From assembly GCA_002269645.1 (NCBI GenBank), contig NIVC01000201.1:1-64000 (forward strand): DNA of 64,000 nucleotides, given 5' to 3'. The stretch comes from Macrostomum lignano. Its lineage: Eukaryota. The notes beneath the pieces are model-generated. The model was not told the origin of the DNA and searched no databases. It saw nothing but the letters and a program-made list of their open reading frames with translations. The translations under genes were made by a program, and so were the position numbers. This document shows, one piece after another, positions 20,101 through 31,850 of this stretch. Every line of letters starts with the position of its first letter. The stretch's first letter is position 1.

Positions 20101-22231
20101 ATGGTTCAATACTTATTTTTGTACGTGCCTTTGCTATACTACTGTATAAGTAGCATGTTAACAATGTTTATAGATTTTTAAAGGAGATGAAATACTCTAC
20201 AAAACATGAAGATCCCTATTCCAAATATGAAGATCCCAATTCCAAACATGAAGATCCCGAATCCAGCTATGAAGAACCCAATTCCAAGCATGAAGATCCC
20301 AATTCCAAACATGAAGATCCCGAATCCAGGTATGAAGAACCCTGATAGAGAGATCCAAATTCTGAGCTATGACTAAAAGCAAATTTTACAATTAGCTTTT
20401 GTAATTGAGCTCACAACGCCCTACCCGATGCTTCCCAGGCATTCAACGACGCCCTTTCGCACCTGCACGAATTCGTGGACTCAACCGTACGCCGACGCTC
20501 GGCCATTAAGTTCGACTCGGACGTTGACAAGACCTTCGGCGATCTGGCCATCGAGCTGCACGCCAAGGATGCCGAGGCTCTCCGATCCGATGTGATCACC
20601 TACATGGTTGGCGGGTTCCACACCTCCGGCTACCTGCTGCTCTGGGCCCTCTACTATGCTATCCAGCACCCGAACCTGGCCGACCGGCTCCGGGCCGAGT
20701 CCGCCGAGGTCCTCGGCGCCACCGGAGAGGCCAACATGGCAGCCATCGGGCAGATGACCTTCCATCGGGCCTTCCTTGACGAAACTATGCGGCTGTCCTG
20801 TCTGGCCCCGTTCGCTGCCCGGGTGTCCGATGCCGAGGTCGAGGTTGGCGGCCACACCGTAAGCAGGAAAACCCCACGAGTATTTTTTACAGGGAAATCC
20901 CAGGAGGGAAAATCTATTATGCAGGGAAATCCCAAGTGGGAGAATCTATTTCGCAGCGAAATCCTAGGAAGGAGAATCTATTATGCAGGAAAATCCCAAG
21001 TGGGAGATTCTATTTTACAGGGTAATCCCAAGTGGGAGAATCTATTTTGCAGGGAAATCCCAGAATGGAGAATCTATTTTGCAGGGAAATCCCAGAATGG
21101 AGAATCTATTTTGAAGGGAAATCCCAGGAGGAGAATCTATTTTGCAGGGAAATCCCAGAATGGAGAATCTATTTTGCAGGGGAATCCCAGGAGGGAGAAT
21201 CTATTATGCAGGGAAATCCCAGGAGGGAGAATTTTTTTGCAGGGGAATCCCAGGAGAATCTATTTTGCAGGGGAATCCCAGGAGGGAGAATCTATTATGC
21301 AGGGAAATCCCAGGAGGGAGAATCTATTATGCAGGGAAATCCCAGGAGGGAGAATCTTTTTTGCAGGGGAATCCCAGGAGAATCTATTATGCAGGGAAAT
21401 CCTAGGAGGGCGAATCTATTATGCAGGGAAATCCCAGAATGGAGAATCTATTTTGCAGAGGAATCCCAGGAGAATCTATTTCGCTGGAAAATTCCAGGAA
21501 GGAGAATTTATTTGCAGGGAAATCCCAGAATGGAGAATCTATTTCGCAGGGAAATCCCAGGAGGGAGAATCTATTATGCAGGGAAATCCCAGGAGAGAAT
21601 CTATTTTGCAGGGAAATCCCAGGAGGGAATCTATTTTGCAGGGAAATCCCAGCATGAGGGAATCTATTTTGCAGGGAAATCCCAGCATGAGGGAATCTAT
21701 TTTGCAGGGAAATCCCAGAAGGGAGAATCTCTGGCAAAGTTGAGAATAGAAATAGTTGGAAAAAGCTCGTAGTAAACCTGAAAAGAAATAATATTCTCGA
21801 TTCATAAACCTGAAATGTGAGTCTATCTAACCTAAAGTTCCTAAAGCAGCAATCTAGCAGGAATGACAGAGTAACCCTGATCCCTCATCTCCGAGCACTC
21901 TCGCCTGCCCCCTTCGCAGCTGCCAGCCGGCACCCCGGTGATCCAAGCGCTCGGCGCGGCCGGCATGTGCTCAGAGGCCTACCCTGAGCCGGACGACTTC
22001 AACCCGGACAGGTGGACCGGCCAGCAGCTGTTTGAACCCTTTGGCTTTGGCCGCCGCAAGTGCCCGGGCTACCGGCTGGCCTACGCCGAGACGGCCCTGT
22101 GGCTGTCACGGCTGCTGGCCGCCTTCCGCTTCCGGCTGGTTGACGAGACCTACACGGCTGTGTCCAGCTTCGGCCTGCTGACTAAGCCCAAGGAGGAGGT
22201 CTGGGTGCTGGCCGAGGCGCTGATAGACTGA
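14147..22231 (+). CDS. CYP20A1: Cytochrome P450, CYP20-like; exons 14147-14224, 17302-17351, 17446-17648, 18139-18398, 18497-18592, 20439-20858, 21920-22231 (472 aa)
   Basis: All introns GT-AG and phase-compatible (1419 nt). Signal anchor MISFFVVGFAALFILALVGFLLY, IPGP, GNLPDIGKAGSLHEFLCNLH (CYP20 signature GNLPDI..GSLHEFL.NLH), I-helix GGFHTSG, ETMR, PDRW, heme motif FGFGRRKCPG. Confidence 0.93.
14925..16604 (+). mobile_element. Non-autonomous LTR retroelement (TRIM/LARD-like) in CYP20 intron 1
   Basis: Two 383-bp LTRs (14925-15307, 16222-16604), TGTAG...CTACA ends, identical by eye. 4-bp TSD TACA (14921-14924, 16605-16608). PBS-like TGGTCC at 15309 and G-rich PPT GGGGGGA before the 3' LTR. 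914-bp interior has no gag/pol motifs. Confidence 0.93.
17855..18115. repeat. About 30-33 bp minisatellite (CCTCCCAGATCCTCAGTTGCTAGGCCACAG-like) in CYP20 intron 3
   Basis: Tandem units visible; source of spurious short ORFs. Confidence 0.9.
18640..20345. repeat. 21-bp minisatellite (AAGATCCCAATTCCAAACATG) in CYP20 intron 5, split by an insertion at 19078-20201
   Basis: Units at 18640-19077 resume at 20202-20345. Confidence 0.95.
19078..20201 (-). mobile_element. Probable solo LTR (1124 bp)
   Basis: TG...CA ends; minus strand starts TGTAG like the intron-1 LTR. 4-bp TSD AAAC (19074-19077, 20202-20205). Minus-strand TATA box CTATAAATACA (19721-19731). Confidence 0.75.
20865..21735. repeat. 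About 31-33 bp minisatellite (GCAGGGAAATCCCAGGAGGGAGAATCTATTTT) in CYP20 intron 6
   Basis: Tandem units visible throughout. Confidence 0.95.
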
Positions 22232-22959
22232 CAGGCAGACAGACAGATGCTATAAGACTGACAGCTTTACATCAGAGGCACCATAGTCATAATCATTAGA
22301 AATTGATGATGGTAAAGTCGAAAATTTCAGTAGTTATTGTAGTATGAAAATTGTTTGCTTTATTAGTACTTTAAGTAGTCAGTTAGTTTGTATTTGTTGA
22401 TAAATGCGTTATACGTTTCCTATAAGCTTGGCTAATTGGTTTCCTCTCTGGTACTTGGTTAGCCGTTGTACGGTGTGTTTTTCAAATTTGAATTGTTTGT
22501 TGCTATCGTAATTTTCAAGTTCGACGTTTGCAAGCCTGTGCTGTTCGTGCCAGATTTTCTTCGTAAAATTTCAATATAAACGCGAAAATACACCTGTCGC
22601 AGCATGTAGAGTAACGAGCGTGCGCACCATTACAGATGTGGTTCGAATCGTATTCCACTTCACTTTGTAACTTTTTTCTCTAACTGTTGGACGGGAATAA
22701 TCCATTTTTTACCGTAAAAACTGTCCAGAGCGTCTCAGAGGTCAGAAACGTCAGAAATGTGACTCCAATTTCAAAGTGATTGCTGGGCGAATTTTTGGCG
22801 ACTTGACTGTGAAATCAGGGAGGACAGGGGGGGCATGTCCCCTCCATGCCAATGCTTTGCCCCCACCCCACCTTGTGACCCGTTATGGAAATCAATAATT
22901 TTGCTTCAGGGCGACAAAACAGCGCCTGCGGCGCAAAATACGTGCCTACGGCACCAAAA

Positions 22960-23040
22960 CGACTGCCTTCCTGTGGCACCGAAATGACTGCCTTCCTGTG
23001 GCACCGAAATGACTGCCTTCCTGTGGCACCGAAATGACTG
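22960..23040. repeat. Short 25-bp tandem repeat (GACTGCCTTCCTGTGGCACCGAAAT, three copies)
   Basis: Direct reading. Confidence 0.85.
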
Positions 23041-23377
23041 AATCCCTAACCAAACCAATTCTGACTAAGGCACTGCGCAAGCGGTCCCAACAAACTTGAA
23101 GCCTCAGTCAGGGAAGATACTGGTTACAGTAAGAGCCATCATTCCATCAGTCATTCCATCTTTAGAAAAATTTCCAGCGCGCAAATAAAATAAAAGCACA
23201 CTGAGAAGTCTCTGAAATTTAATATGCGTATATACATGTGAGTTCGCTATGCATTTTGCCTACATATTTACTCTATTATAACTAAATAGAAAAACGCTAC
23301 ACAGCTGTACACACAGAACCGATGCACATACAGTGTATAGTCAATCTGAAATGCGGGACTGCAACCAGCCAGATAAT

Positions 23378-24346
23378 TCAGAACAGGCCTTTCTTCTTTT
23401 TCTTCACGACATTTTTTGTTCCAGCCTCTCGCTCGGCCTCCAGCTTCCGTTTGGCCTCCTCTCGGCGCTGCCGCTCTGCGGGGTCCTCGACTCGGAGCAG
23501 CAGCCGCTCGTCTCTGGCCGGCTTGGCGGCGGCTGGCGCGGCATCTCCGGACTCTTTCGCTGGCGACGTGGCTGCGCTGACGGCGCCGTCAGCAGTTGCC
23601 GCGGCCGCTAACTCCGCAGCAGCCACGGCGCGGGCCAGCCGCTCCTGCCAGCGCTCGCCAGCGGCCTCCGCCACCGCGGCGATGCTGCCAACGCCGCCGC
23701 CCGGACCTCCAGCGCCGGCGGCAGCGGCCATCTTGTCCGCATCGGCAACGAGGTCCGCCAGGTGGCGCGGGCACCGCAGCCCGTTGTCGCTGGCGAGCTG
23801 GGCGGCCGCCCGGCCCAGACGGCCCAGCCGGTCGCGAAGGTCCGCAGCTTCGGCCTCGGTGGCAGCGGCGGCAGCTGCCAGCGGCCGCACCAGTAGGGCG
23901 TCGACAGCGTCGGGCCCCGCCGGTCGAAGGCGGAACTGCCAGCGGAACTCCGTGCCGGCCGCGTGCTCGGACAGCCGGCCGCTGAGCTGCAGCAGCGACG
24001 GCGACAGCAGGCGGAGGTCGGCGGCGGGGCTGGCCAGGCCGGCCAAGATGGCGGCCCGGACGCGGCCGACCGGGGCCTCTAGGCGGGGGTTCAGCCGGGC
24101 GAACTCGGCTGCCAACTGATCGGCGGTGCAGCGGCTCAGCCAGTAGCGCGGCGGGCTGCCCACCTGGCACAGGTACACCAGCGCCGGCTCGGCCGCGGCC
24201 TCCTTGGCTGACGACGATTCGGCATCAGCATCGGCATCGAGAAGCTTCAAGCGGCACTCCGGATGCGCCACCTGGAAGATGGTGTCGGAGCTGTCGCCAA
24301 GGCGACGCGTGGAGACCAGCACGGCTGGAGCTGCTGTGGAATTGGC
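23378..24346 (-). CDS. NHEJ1: XLF/Cernunnos (NHEJ1)-like protein, large 3' exon; 5' exon with start codon not identified
   Basis: [25 protein letters not shown] aligns with XLF [48 protein letters not shown] aligns with [23 protein letters not shown]. C-terminal KKKKKGLF* matches the XLF Ku-binding motif (KKPRGLFS). Phase-0 acceptor TTTTGATTCCAG before 24346. Confidence 0.78.
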   Translation of the reverse strand, partial: [322 protein letters not shown]

Positions 24347-25932
24347 CTGGAATCAAAACAACAACAATGGTAATAGCAGGAGGGCTTCGGCGACATCATC
24401 TCACAGCCAGCGCTGAGGCATGCAATTCCGCAGACTTCCGCAGGCGCCAATACTGTACACAGACGCGCACTCATGCACACGCTCACACAGGGTGCGACTC
24501 TTTGACTTTCCAATCGTCAGGCATGTACATCTCTGTGCCTTGGAGGTTGGCCCTCATGGCTGTGAATCGTACAGCACTTATTCTCATGCGTACAAGGCGC
24601 ACACGGAATGGAATCGGGGGTTGTGACGAGGATTAGCTTACTAACAGTAGTGCATCTAGCTATATATAGAATTGGTTAAATAAACGATCCTTAGAAAATC
24701 AATGCCTGCAGACTCGAAATCTGCTTGAATAAATGTTTATTTGAGCGCTATAAGCAGACCAGGCCAACGCACCAAGGTGGCAAGGTAGGGCAGCCAATAC
24801 GAAGGCTGGGTGTCTGGCCAAATCTGCTAGCGGCCCAGACTTGAGTAGAATTTGAGCACTAGTAAAATTTGAGTAAAAAGCTTTGAAAAAACAGAAAACT
24901 ACAATATTCTTAACAATTAGCAAACTATTTAAATATTTTTATTATTCAGCAAGAAATCATAAAGATCGATCTAGTCAGTCTAGTTTCTTCTCGGAAAAGT
25001 TCAATAATTTGAATTCAATAATTTGTTTCATACTTTAGTAAGGACTGTGTCATTAAAGCAGTTTTTGGTTAGAGCAATAGGCTTAAACTTTTATAATCAT
25101 AAATAAATATGAATAAATATGAATAATAATCATATAACAAGGCGTTTTATTTTGCCAAAACTTGCAAAGAATTTGCCACAGCACAGATTAGACCTATAAG
25201 GACGCGTAGTACTTAACAGTAGGAATGCCAAGCCATTTTTCTGCCCGTCGAACTACCAAGAAGGACGGCTAACTTTTTGTTCCTCATCTTCTCACACAAG
25301 AATCAAGTCGCCAGCCCTCCGGACCGTCGAGATATTCGACGATTCTGCCAGAAGGTCGGATTTTTCCCATAAGCGCCAGTGTACTCAGTACCCAGTATTC
25401 AGTACCGTGTCTAGACCTTTGTCATAGACTTAACTGCAGAAAACCCAACAGTGCGACCAAATTTCGCCCCGCTATCCTTAACCATCTATGACGACAAACT
25501 GCAACTTAAGCCATGTCAGCAGTTTGTCTACCGACGGCGGTCTGGTTCCCTTTGGTGTCTGGTGACAAGATCTTTGCTGTCACAACGGGATTGCTTGGAT
25601 TGCTACAGTCCGAGGCCCTACTTGACGGCCAGAGGGCGGCGCTGTTGACAAACCGTCCAGTGGTACAATTCTGAGACAGACAAGTTGAGAGATTCGGAGC
25701 AGGAGGCGCTACGCCTTATGAAACTACTCAGAGTACAGAATTCGTATGTTTTCTGACAACATACAGAAGACTCAAACTGCATGATCAATGATGCTTTCCC
25801 TGGACGAATTCATTAGCAGTTTGGGCATACTAGCACGCAAATATACGAGTATATAGAAGCATTCACAAACTATTAAAGTTTTCTTTTAAAGTTGTTATAA
25901 AATTCAGTTTCTCTGCCGGCTTATCCATCTAT

Positions 25933-25996
25933 TCAGATCAGCGAATACACGGGCGACGAGGTCACCAGCGGGCCGAAGTTCTCATGCTGCTGCTGC

Positions 25997-26027
<31 letters not shown>

Positions 26028-27857
26028 GATTGCCGATCTCGTCAACCGGCTCCTGGCCGGGCGGCGAGAATCCTTCGCCATTGCCAGCGGCCGCCACCAG
26101 CTGCTGGAAAGCGCCGGCAAATTTTCCCTCGTTAGCGGCGTCGTTTGAGAACGGATAGGAGCCGTCACGGGCCGAGAAGAGGCGCCTCACCAAGGCAGAC
26201 ACCGGCACATTGCGCACGTCCGCGCCGTCCTGCACCGTCAGCTCCGTCAGCAGGAACAGCACCGCGTCTTTGGAGTAAAACGAGCTGGCGGTGCGGCTGG
26301 GAGCTGCGCGCAAGGCCTGTGTTGATGAAGAAAAGCTGGCATAGAGATTAGCAGGATGTGACTGGGAGAGATCTGGATTAGCAGGATGTGACTGGGAGAG
26401 ATCTGGATTAGCAGGATGTGACTGGGAGAGATCTGGATTAGCAGGATGTGACTGGGAGAGATCTGGATTAGCAGGATGTGACTGGGAGAGATCTGGATTA
26501 GCAGGATGTGACTGGGAGAGATCTGGATTAGCAGGATGTGACTGAGAGAGATCTGGATTAACAGGATGTGACTGGGAGAGATCTGGATTAGCAGGATGTG
26601 ACTGGGAGAGATCTGGATTAGCAGGATGTGACTGGGAGAGATCTGGATTAGCAGGATGTGACTGGGAGAGATCTGGATTAACAGGATGTGACTGGGAGAG
26701 ATCTGGATTAGCAGGATGTGACTGGGAGAGATCTGGATTAACAGGATGTGACTGGGAGAGATCTGGATTAGCAGGATGTGACTGGGAGAGATCTGGATTA
26801 GCAGGATGTGACTGGGAGAGATCTGGATTAGCAGGATGTGACTGAGAGAGATCTGGATTAACAGGATGTGACTGGGAGAGATCTGGATAGCAGGATGTGA
26901 CTAGGAGAGATCTGGATAGCAGGATGTGACTGGGAGAGATCTGGATTAACAGGATGTGACTGTAGTTACAAGTAGAAATAGTAAAATTAATTAGGACATT
27001 TAAGGCCTATTGCTCACATCGCTGATAGCTTTAAGATCAACAAATCGAAGCCAGATCGTGGGCCTCAGGCAGCGCAGCTCAGGTATCGGCAAGCCCAGCT
27101 CGCGGTCGCCGCTGCCACCGCCGCAGTACAGCCGAGCAGCTTGAAGCGGACAGATGGGATTGTTCAAGATGCCGGGTCGGGGCTGCAGCAGTCTGCAAAT
27201 GAAAGTGTTATGAATCATATAGCAATTGTGCTGACATTGAACGCTAAGGTCATGATTTGTGTCTGTTAGAGACCAGCACTGGGCTATCAATTTAAATAAC
27301 CTTTCACAGACCAGATTCAAACACTATAACACTTTTTACCCCCTTCTCTGACCACCTCTCATTGGCTGGCTACCCCTTCTCTGACCACCTCCTCTCATTG
27401 GCTGGCTACCCCTTCTCTGACCACCTCCTCTCATTGGCTGGCTACCCCTTCTCTGACCACCTCCTCTCATTGGCTGGCTACCCCTTTTCTGACCACCTCC
27501 CCTCATTTGCTGGCTACCCCTTATCCGACCCCTGTGGCTGGCTACCCTCCTTCTCTGACCCCTCAGACGCAACCCAACCGAGCTCTTTCACCTGCTTATC
27601 TTGCAGCGCAGGCCGCAGGCGAAGCATACAATTTCATGCGAAGAAACGGCAAAGAAGCCAAGAGCGGCAAGGTTTTCAAACTCCTGGTTCAGAGCAGGAA
27701 AGTATATCAGAAAGCTTGCCAAACGGTCCTTTTCCAAGAACGAAGTTTGGTAAACAGCATTGAGCCATAGCAGAAGAATTGAAGTCATGGAGTTCAAATT
27801 CACAGAGCTTGACAGATAGCGAGAAATTTTCTTAGTTTCAGGCAGTTCAACATTCAT
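25933..27857 (-). CDS. IAP-like protein A (divergent BIR-like plus UBA-like, no RING); exons 27857-27592, 27192-27018, 26316-25933 (274 aa)
   Basis: GT-AG phase-compatible joins (825 nt). RLASF..FENLAALGFF..IVCFACG..CPL is BIR-like. FYSKDAV..DG..VSALVRRLFSA resembles the XIAP/cIAP UBA. Homologous along its length to 31851-32585. Confidence 0.7.
26340..26965. repeat. 30-bp minisatellite (GAGAGATCTGGATTAGCAGGATGTGACTGG) in intron 2 of IAP-like A
   Basis: About 20 near-identical units. Confidence 0.97.
27335..27560. repeat. 36-bp minisatellite (CTCTCATTGGCTGGCTACCCCTTCTCTGACCACCTC) in intron 1 of IAP-like A
   Basis: Tandem units visible. Confidence 0.92.
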
Positions 27858-28234
27858 ATTGGCAGTAATTTTTGTAAGTCAGCTGGCTCTATGAAGTTTA
27901 GTCGCCACACACAGCGGAGCCTTTAAACAGCTGTGACAGCAGATTAAGCAGAGTGCAGTCCAGCAAGTACGTGTCAATATGACGAGAGCTGCAGTATCTG
28001 TGAAGCTCAATGAACACTGATATTCGATGAAAGACCACGGGTTTTACACTGATACTGTTTGTAAGAACTCCCATTAATTTAATAGACACGGCCGATTCAG
28101 AGATGCTTCCGACCTTCGAGTGGAATAATGATAAAATTCATAAGCTGAAATAAAAACCGTGAAAATAAATGAAGTAGTCACGTTTGACAAAAATGCAAAA
28201 TATGTTCCGAATGCATGTGAATGGTTCTGGAGTT

Positions 28235-29590
28235 AAAAACAGGAACTTCGTGGCTCTGTGGAGTCTCAGACAGGAAATTCATGGCTCTGTGGAGTCTCAG
28301 ACAGGAACTTCATGGCTCTGTGGAGTCTCAGACAGGAACTTCGTGGCTCTGTGGAGTCTCAGACAGGAACTTCGTGGCTCTGTGGAGTCTCAGACAGGAA
28401 CTTCATGGCTCTGTGGAGTCTCAGACAGGAACTGCATGGCTCTGTGGAGTCTCAGACAGGAACTTCGTGGCTCTGTGGAGTCTCAGACAGGAACTGCATG
28501 GCTCTGTGGAGTCTCAGACAGGAACTGCATGGCTCTGTGGAGTCTCAGACAGGAACTGCATGGCTCTGTGGAGTCTCAGACAGGAACTGCATGGCTCTGG
28601 AGTCTCAGACAGGAACTGCATGGCTCTGGATTCTAGGACAGGAACTTCATGGCTCTGTGGAGTCTAGGACAGGAACTGCATGGCTCTGTGGAGTCTCAGA
28701 CAGGAACTGCATGGCTCTGTGGAGTCTCAGACAGGAACTTCATGGCTCTGTGGAGTCTCAGACAGGAACTTCGTGGCTCTGTGGAGTCTCAGACAGGAAC
28801 TTCGTGGCTCTGTGGAGTCTCAGACAGGAACTGCATGGCTCTGGATTCTAGGACAGGAACTTCATGGCTCTGTGGAGTCTCAGACAGGAACTGCATGGCT
28901 CTGTGGAGTCTCAGACAGGAACTGCATGGCTCTGTGGAGTCTCAGACAGGAACTGCATGGCTCTGTGGAGTCTCAGACAGGAACTGCATGGCTCTGTGGA
29001 GTCTCAGACAGGAACTTCATGGCTCTGTGGAGTCTCAGACAGGAACTTCGTGGCTCTGTGGAGTCTCAGACAGGAACTTCGTGGCTCTGTGGAGTCTCAG
29101 ACAGGAACTGCATGGCTCTGTGGAGTCTCAGACAGGAACTGCATGGCTCTGTGGAGTCTCAGACAGGAACTTCATGGCTCTGTGGAGTCTAGGACAGGAA
29201 CTTCATGGCTCTGTGGAGTCTCAGACAGGAACTGCATGGCTCTGTGGAGTCTCAGACAGGAACTGCATGGCTCTGTGGAGTCTCAGACAGGAACTGCATG
29301 GCTCTGTGGAGTCTAGGACAGGAACTTCATGGCTCTGTGGAGTCTAGGACAGGAACTGCATGGCTCTGTGGAGTCTCAGACAGGAACTTCATGGCTCTGT
29401 GGAGTCTCAGACAGGAACTTCATGGCTCTGTGAAGTCTCAGACAGGAACTTCATGGCTCTGTGGAGTCTCAGACAGGAACTTCATGGCTCTGTGGAGTCT
29501 CAGACAGGAACTTCATGGCTCTGTGGAGTCTCAGACAGGAACTGCATGGCTCTGTGGAGTCTAGGACAGGAACTGCATGGCTCTATGAGG
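28235..29590. repeat. 31-bp minisatellite (GGCTCTGTGGAGTCTCAGACAGGAACT(G/T)C(A/G)T)
   Basis: About 43 units with G/T and A/G variant positions; explains the cluster of repetitive ORFs. Confidence 0.97.
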
Positions 29591-30994
29591 TCTGGGAATG
29601 ACTGCATGGGCATATAGGGGATCTGGGATGAGGCTATAAATATTGCCTATTAAAAACACGAATGAATTACTATTGATAAAAGCAAAGATATTAAGGCAGT
29701 TTTTTATACCCGCCATACGTAAGCAAGGTAAATAAATATAGCTTATTGACGCGTAAAAAATAAAGAAAACAGAAAATTTGATTAAAAAAAATAACAAAAC
29801 ACGTTTCAGCTAAATTTAAGGGTAACGGAGTTCGCAGCTGTCAATTGTCACGATTTAAATACCATACTCGATTGGGCGAATTTCTAACTTGCAAGTCTGC
29901 GTCTCCAGTCCTAACTTTTAATTTTTGAAAATAAAATTCAATTATCAAGGAAGGTTTGGTGCATGGCCAAATTCAATTCACGAATCATCACCCACATAGA
30001 AAATTGCCTACTGAATAGTAGCAAGGAAAGGATTTAAAGTAATTCTGTTACAGTGTGTGCATAAGGTTGCTCACTGAGACTTGGACAGAACTTCAAACGC
30101 AGGTGTCTACAGGTGAAGTGCTTGCTAAGCCACCACTCAGACACCACTACACCAGTTCTGACATATCGCGACTTCGAATCTCACTTTTAGGTGAGGGGCC
30201 CAGCCAAGGTAAGTTGCAAAAATACCCACCCGAAAAAAAGACGTAGTACTAATTAGATGACGAGGCCTTTAGCCTTTAGAACACAGTTACAGTTACTCCT
30301 GCCGTTTACCCAAAATTACGTTACCGCTAAGCTCCTTCGCCCCCTCCCACACTTTTGGATTATTTCGTAACGTTTGGTACGTGAGCTTGATGGTTTTTGA
30401 ATATAATAAACAATAAATAGTTATCGAAAAAGAATACACTACATAGGGTGAAAAATAATTCAAAACGAGCATTAAACAATGAAGAACCCAATCCACAAGC
30501 ATTAAATATTCAAATAACAGAGGCAAAACTTGAATAAATAGATAGAGTATAGAGTATAGAGTAGAGTAAAATAGAGTAAAATAATGTAGGAAAAATTATC
30601 AAGACGCAATAAAAAGGACTTGAGTAGATAAGGGAACATCAAAAAAAGAAATATATTTGAATAGATAGTACATACAACAGATGCTAGAAAAACTAGATGT
30701 CACTCCCAAAGATGTGCGCAACGCGCATCTACTCTTTTTCAGTATTACAGTTTGCCATTGCCTGTATTATTGTAAAATGATAAAAGGCTTCAACAATTGT
30801 CTATGGCTTTCTGCATGCAGATCTATAAAATCAGCATCTTCTAAAGTTTTAACGAATCCAGACTGCTTCAGATTCTATATTTTTTAAATCAATTCGAGAC
30901 TGAAAGAGAGATTGCAAGTGATTGCAAGTGATAAAAGGGATGGTATCGAACCCCCGCTAGACTGATAACAGCTAGGCTTTCCTCTTGCCCGCTT

Positions 30995-31527
30995 GTGTCT
31001 GATTTTGACTTCTCTTCTTACTGCTCTCTTATTGGCTGAGCCAGATTGGGCCTGCCCCTAGACTGAGTTTCGTCCGTCTGACTTTCACCTCTCCTTACTG
31101 CTCTCTTATTGGCTGAGCTAGATTCGGCCTGCCCCTATGCTGAGTTTCGTCCGTCTGATTTTGACCTCTCTCCTTACTGCTCTCCCATTGGCTGAGCTAG
31201 ATTGGGCCTGCCCCCATGCTGAGTTTCGTCCGTCTGACTTTGACCTCTCTCCTTACTGCTCTCCCATTGGCTGAGCTAGATTGGGCCTGCCCCCATGCTG
31301 AGTTTCGTCCGTTTGACTTTGACCTCTCTCCTTACTGCTCTCCCATTGGCTGAGCTAGATTGGGCCTGCCCCCATGCTGAGTTTCGTCCGTCTGACTTTG
31401 ACCTCTCTCCTTACTGCTCTCCCATTGGCTGAGCTAGATTGGGGCTGCCCCCATGCTGAGTTTCGTCCGTCTGACTTTGACCTCTCTCCTTACTGCTCTC
31501 CCATTGGCTGAGCTAGATTGGGCCTGC
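30995..31527. repeat. 79-bp tandem repeat, about 7 copies, ATTGG-rich
   Basis: Unit CTGACTTTGACCTCTCTCCTTACTGCTCTCCCATTGGCTGAGCTAGATTGGGCCTGCCCCCATGCTGAGTTTCGTCCGT; starts at 31234 and 31392 are 2 x 79 apart. Confidence 0.95.
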
Positions 31528-31850
31528 CAACTGAGCTGTCCATATTGCGTTCACTTGTGTACGGGTCTGCCCTTGTGTACTCCCCTTGTGTACACCGAGT
31601 TAAATGGTCATTCTCAACCCCATATGCTCCTAAGAGCGCAAACCCCGACCGATTTAGGTGAACACTGCACAGGCAAACTACTGAAAAGAAGTAGATGCTC
31701 TACCTTTTTTTCAAAAATTAAATTACGAGTGGCATCCAGCTAACTGTTCTAGTATCTATAATCATAACAGTCTTGTGGGTAAAATTTTATTCGAGTTAAC
31801 CAGGTTTTTGATATTTTACTTAGTTAGTTCAAAAAATTTTAGCTCTACAT

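Noticed and set aside
18468-21805. Repetitive ORFs (MKIPIPN, FGIGIF, QGNPRRE) and the 422-aa ORF 20475-21743
   Set aside because: Translations of intronic minisatellites. The 422-aa ORF is CYP exon 6 read through its GT donor at 20859.
23322-24170. Overlapping ORFs on both strands around the XLF-like exon
   Set aside because: Shadow ORFs of a very GC-rich coding exon.
28184-29617. Cluster of 85-232 aa ORFs
   Set aside because: Products of a stop-poor 31-bp minisatellite cycling through frames; no domain content.
30942-30952. tRNA gene from B-box GGTTCGATACC on minus strand
   Set aside because: No A-box at proper spacing and no cloverleaf.
30995-31527. Hammerhead ribozyme in the 79-bp repeat (GGACGAAAC on minus strand)
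   Set aside because: The required CUGANGA core and matching stem II are absent.
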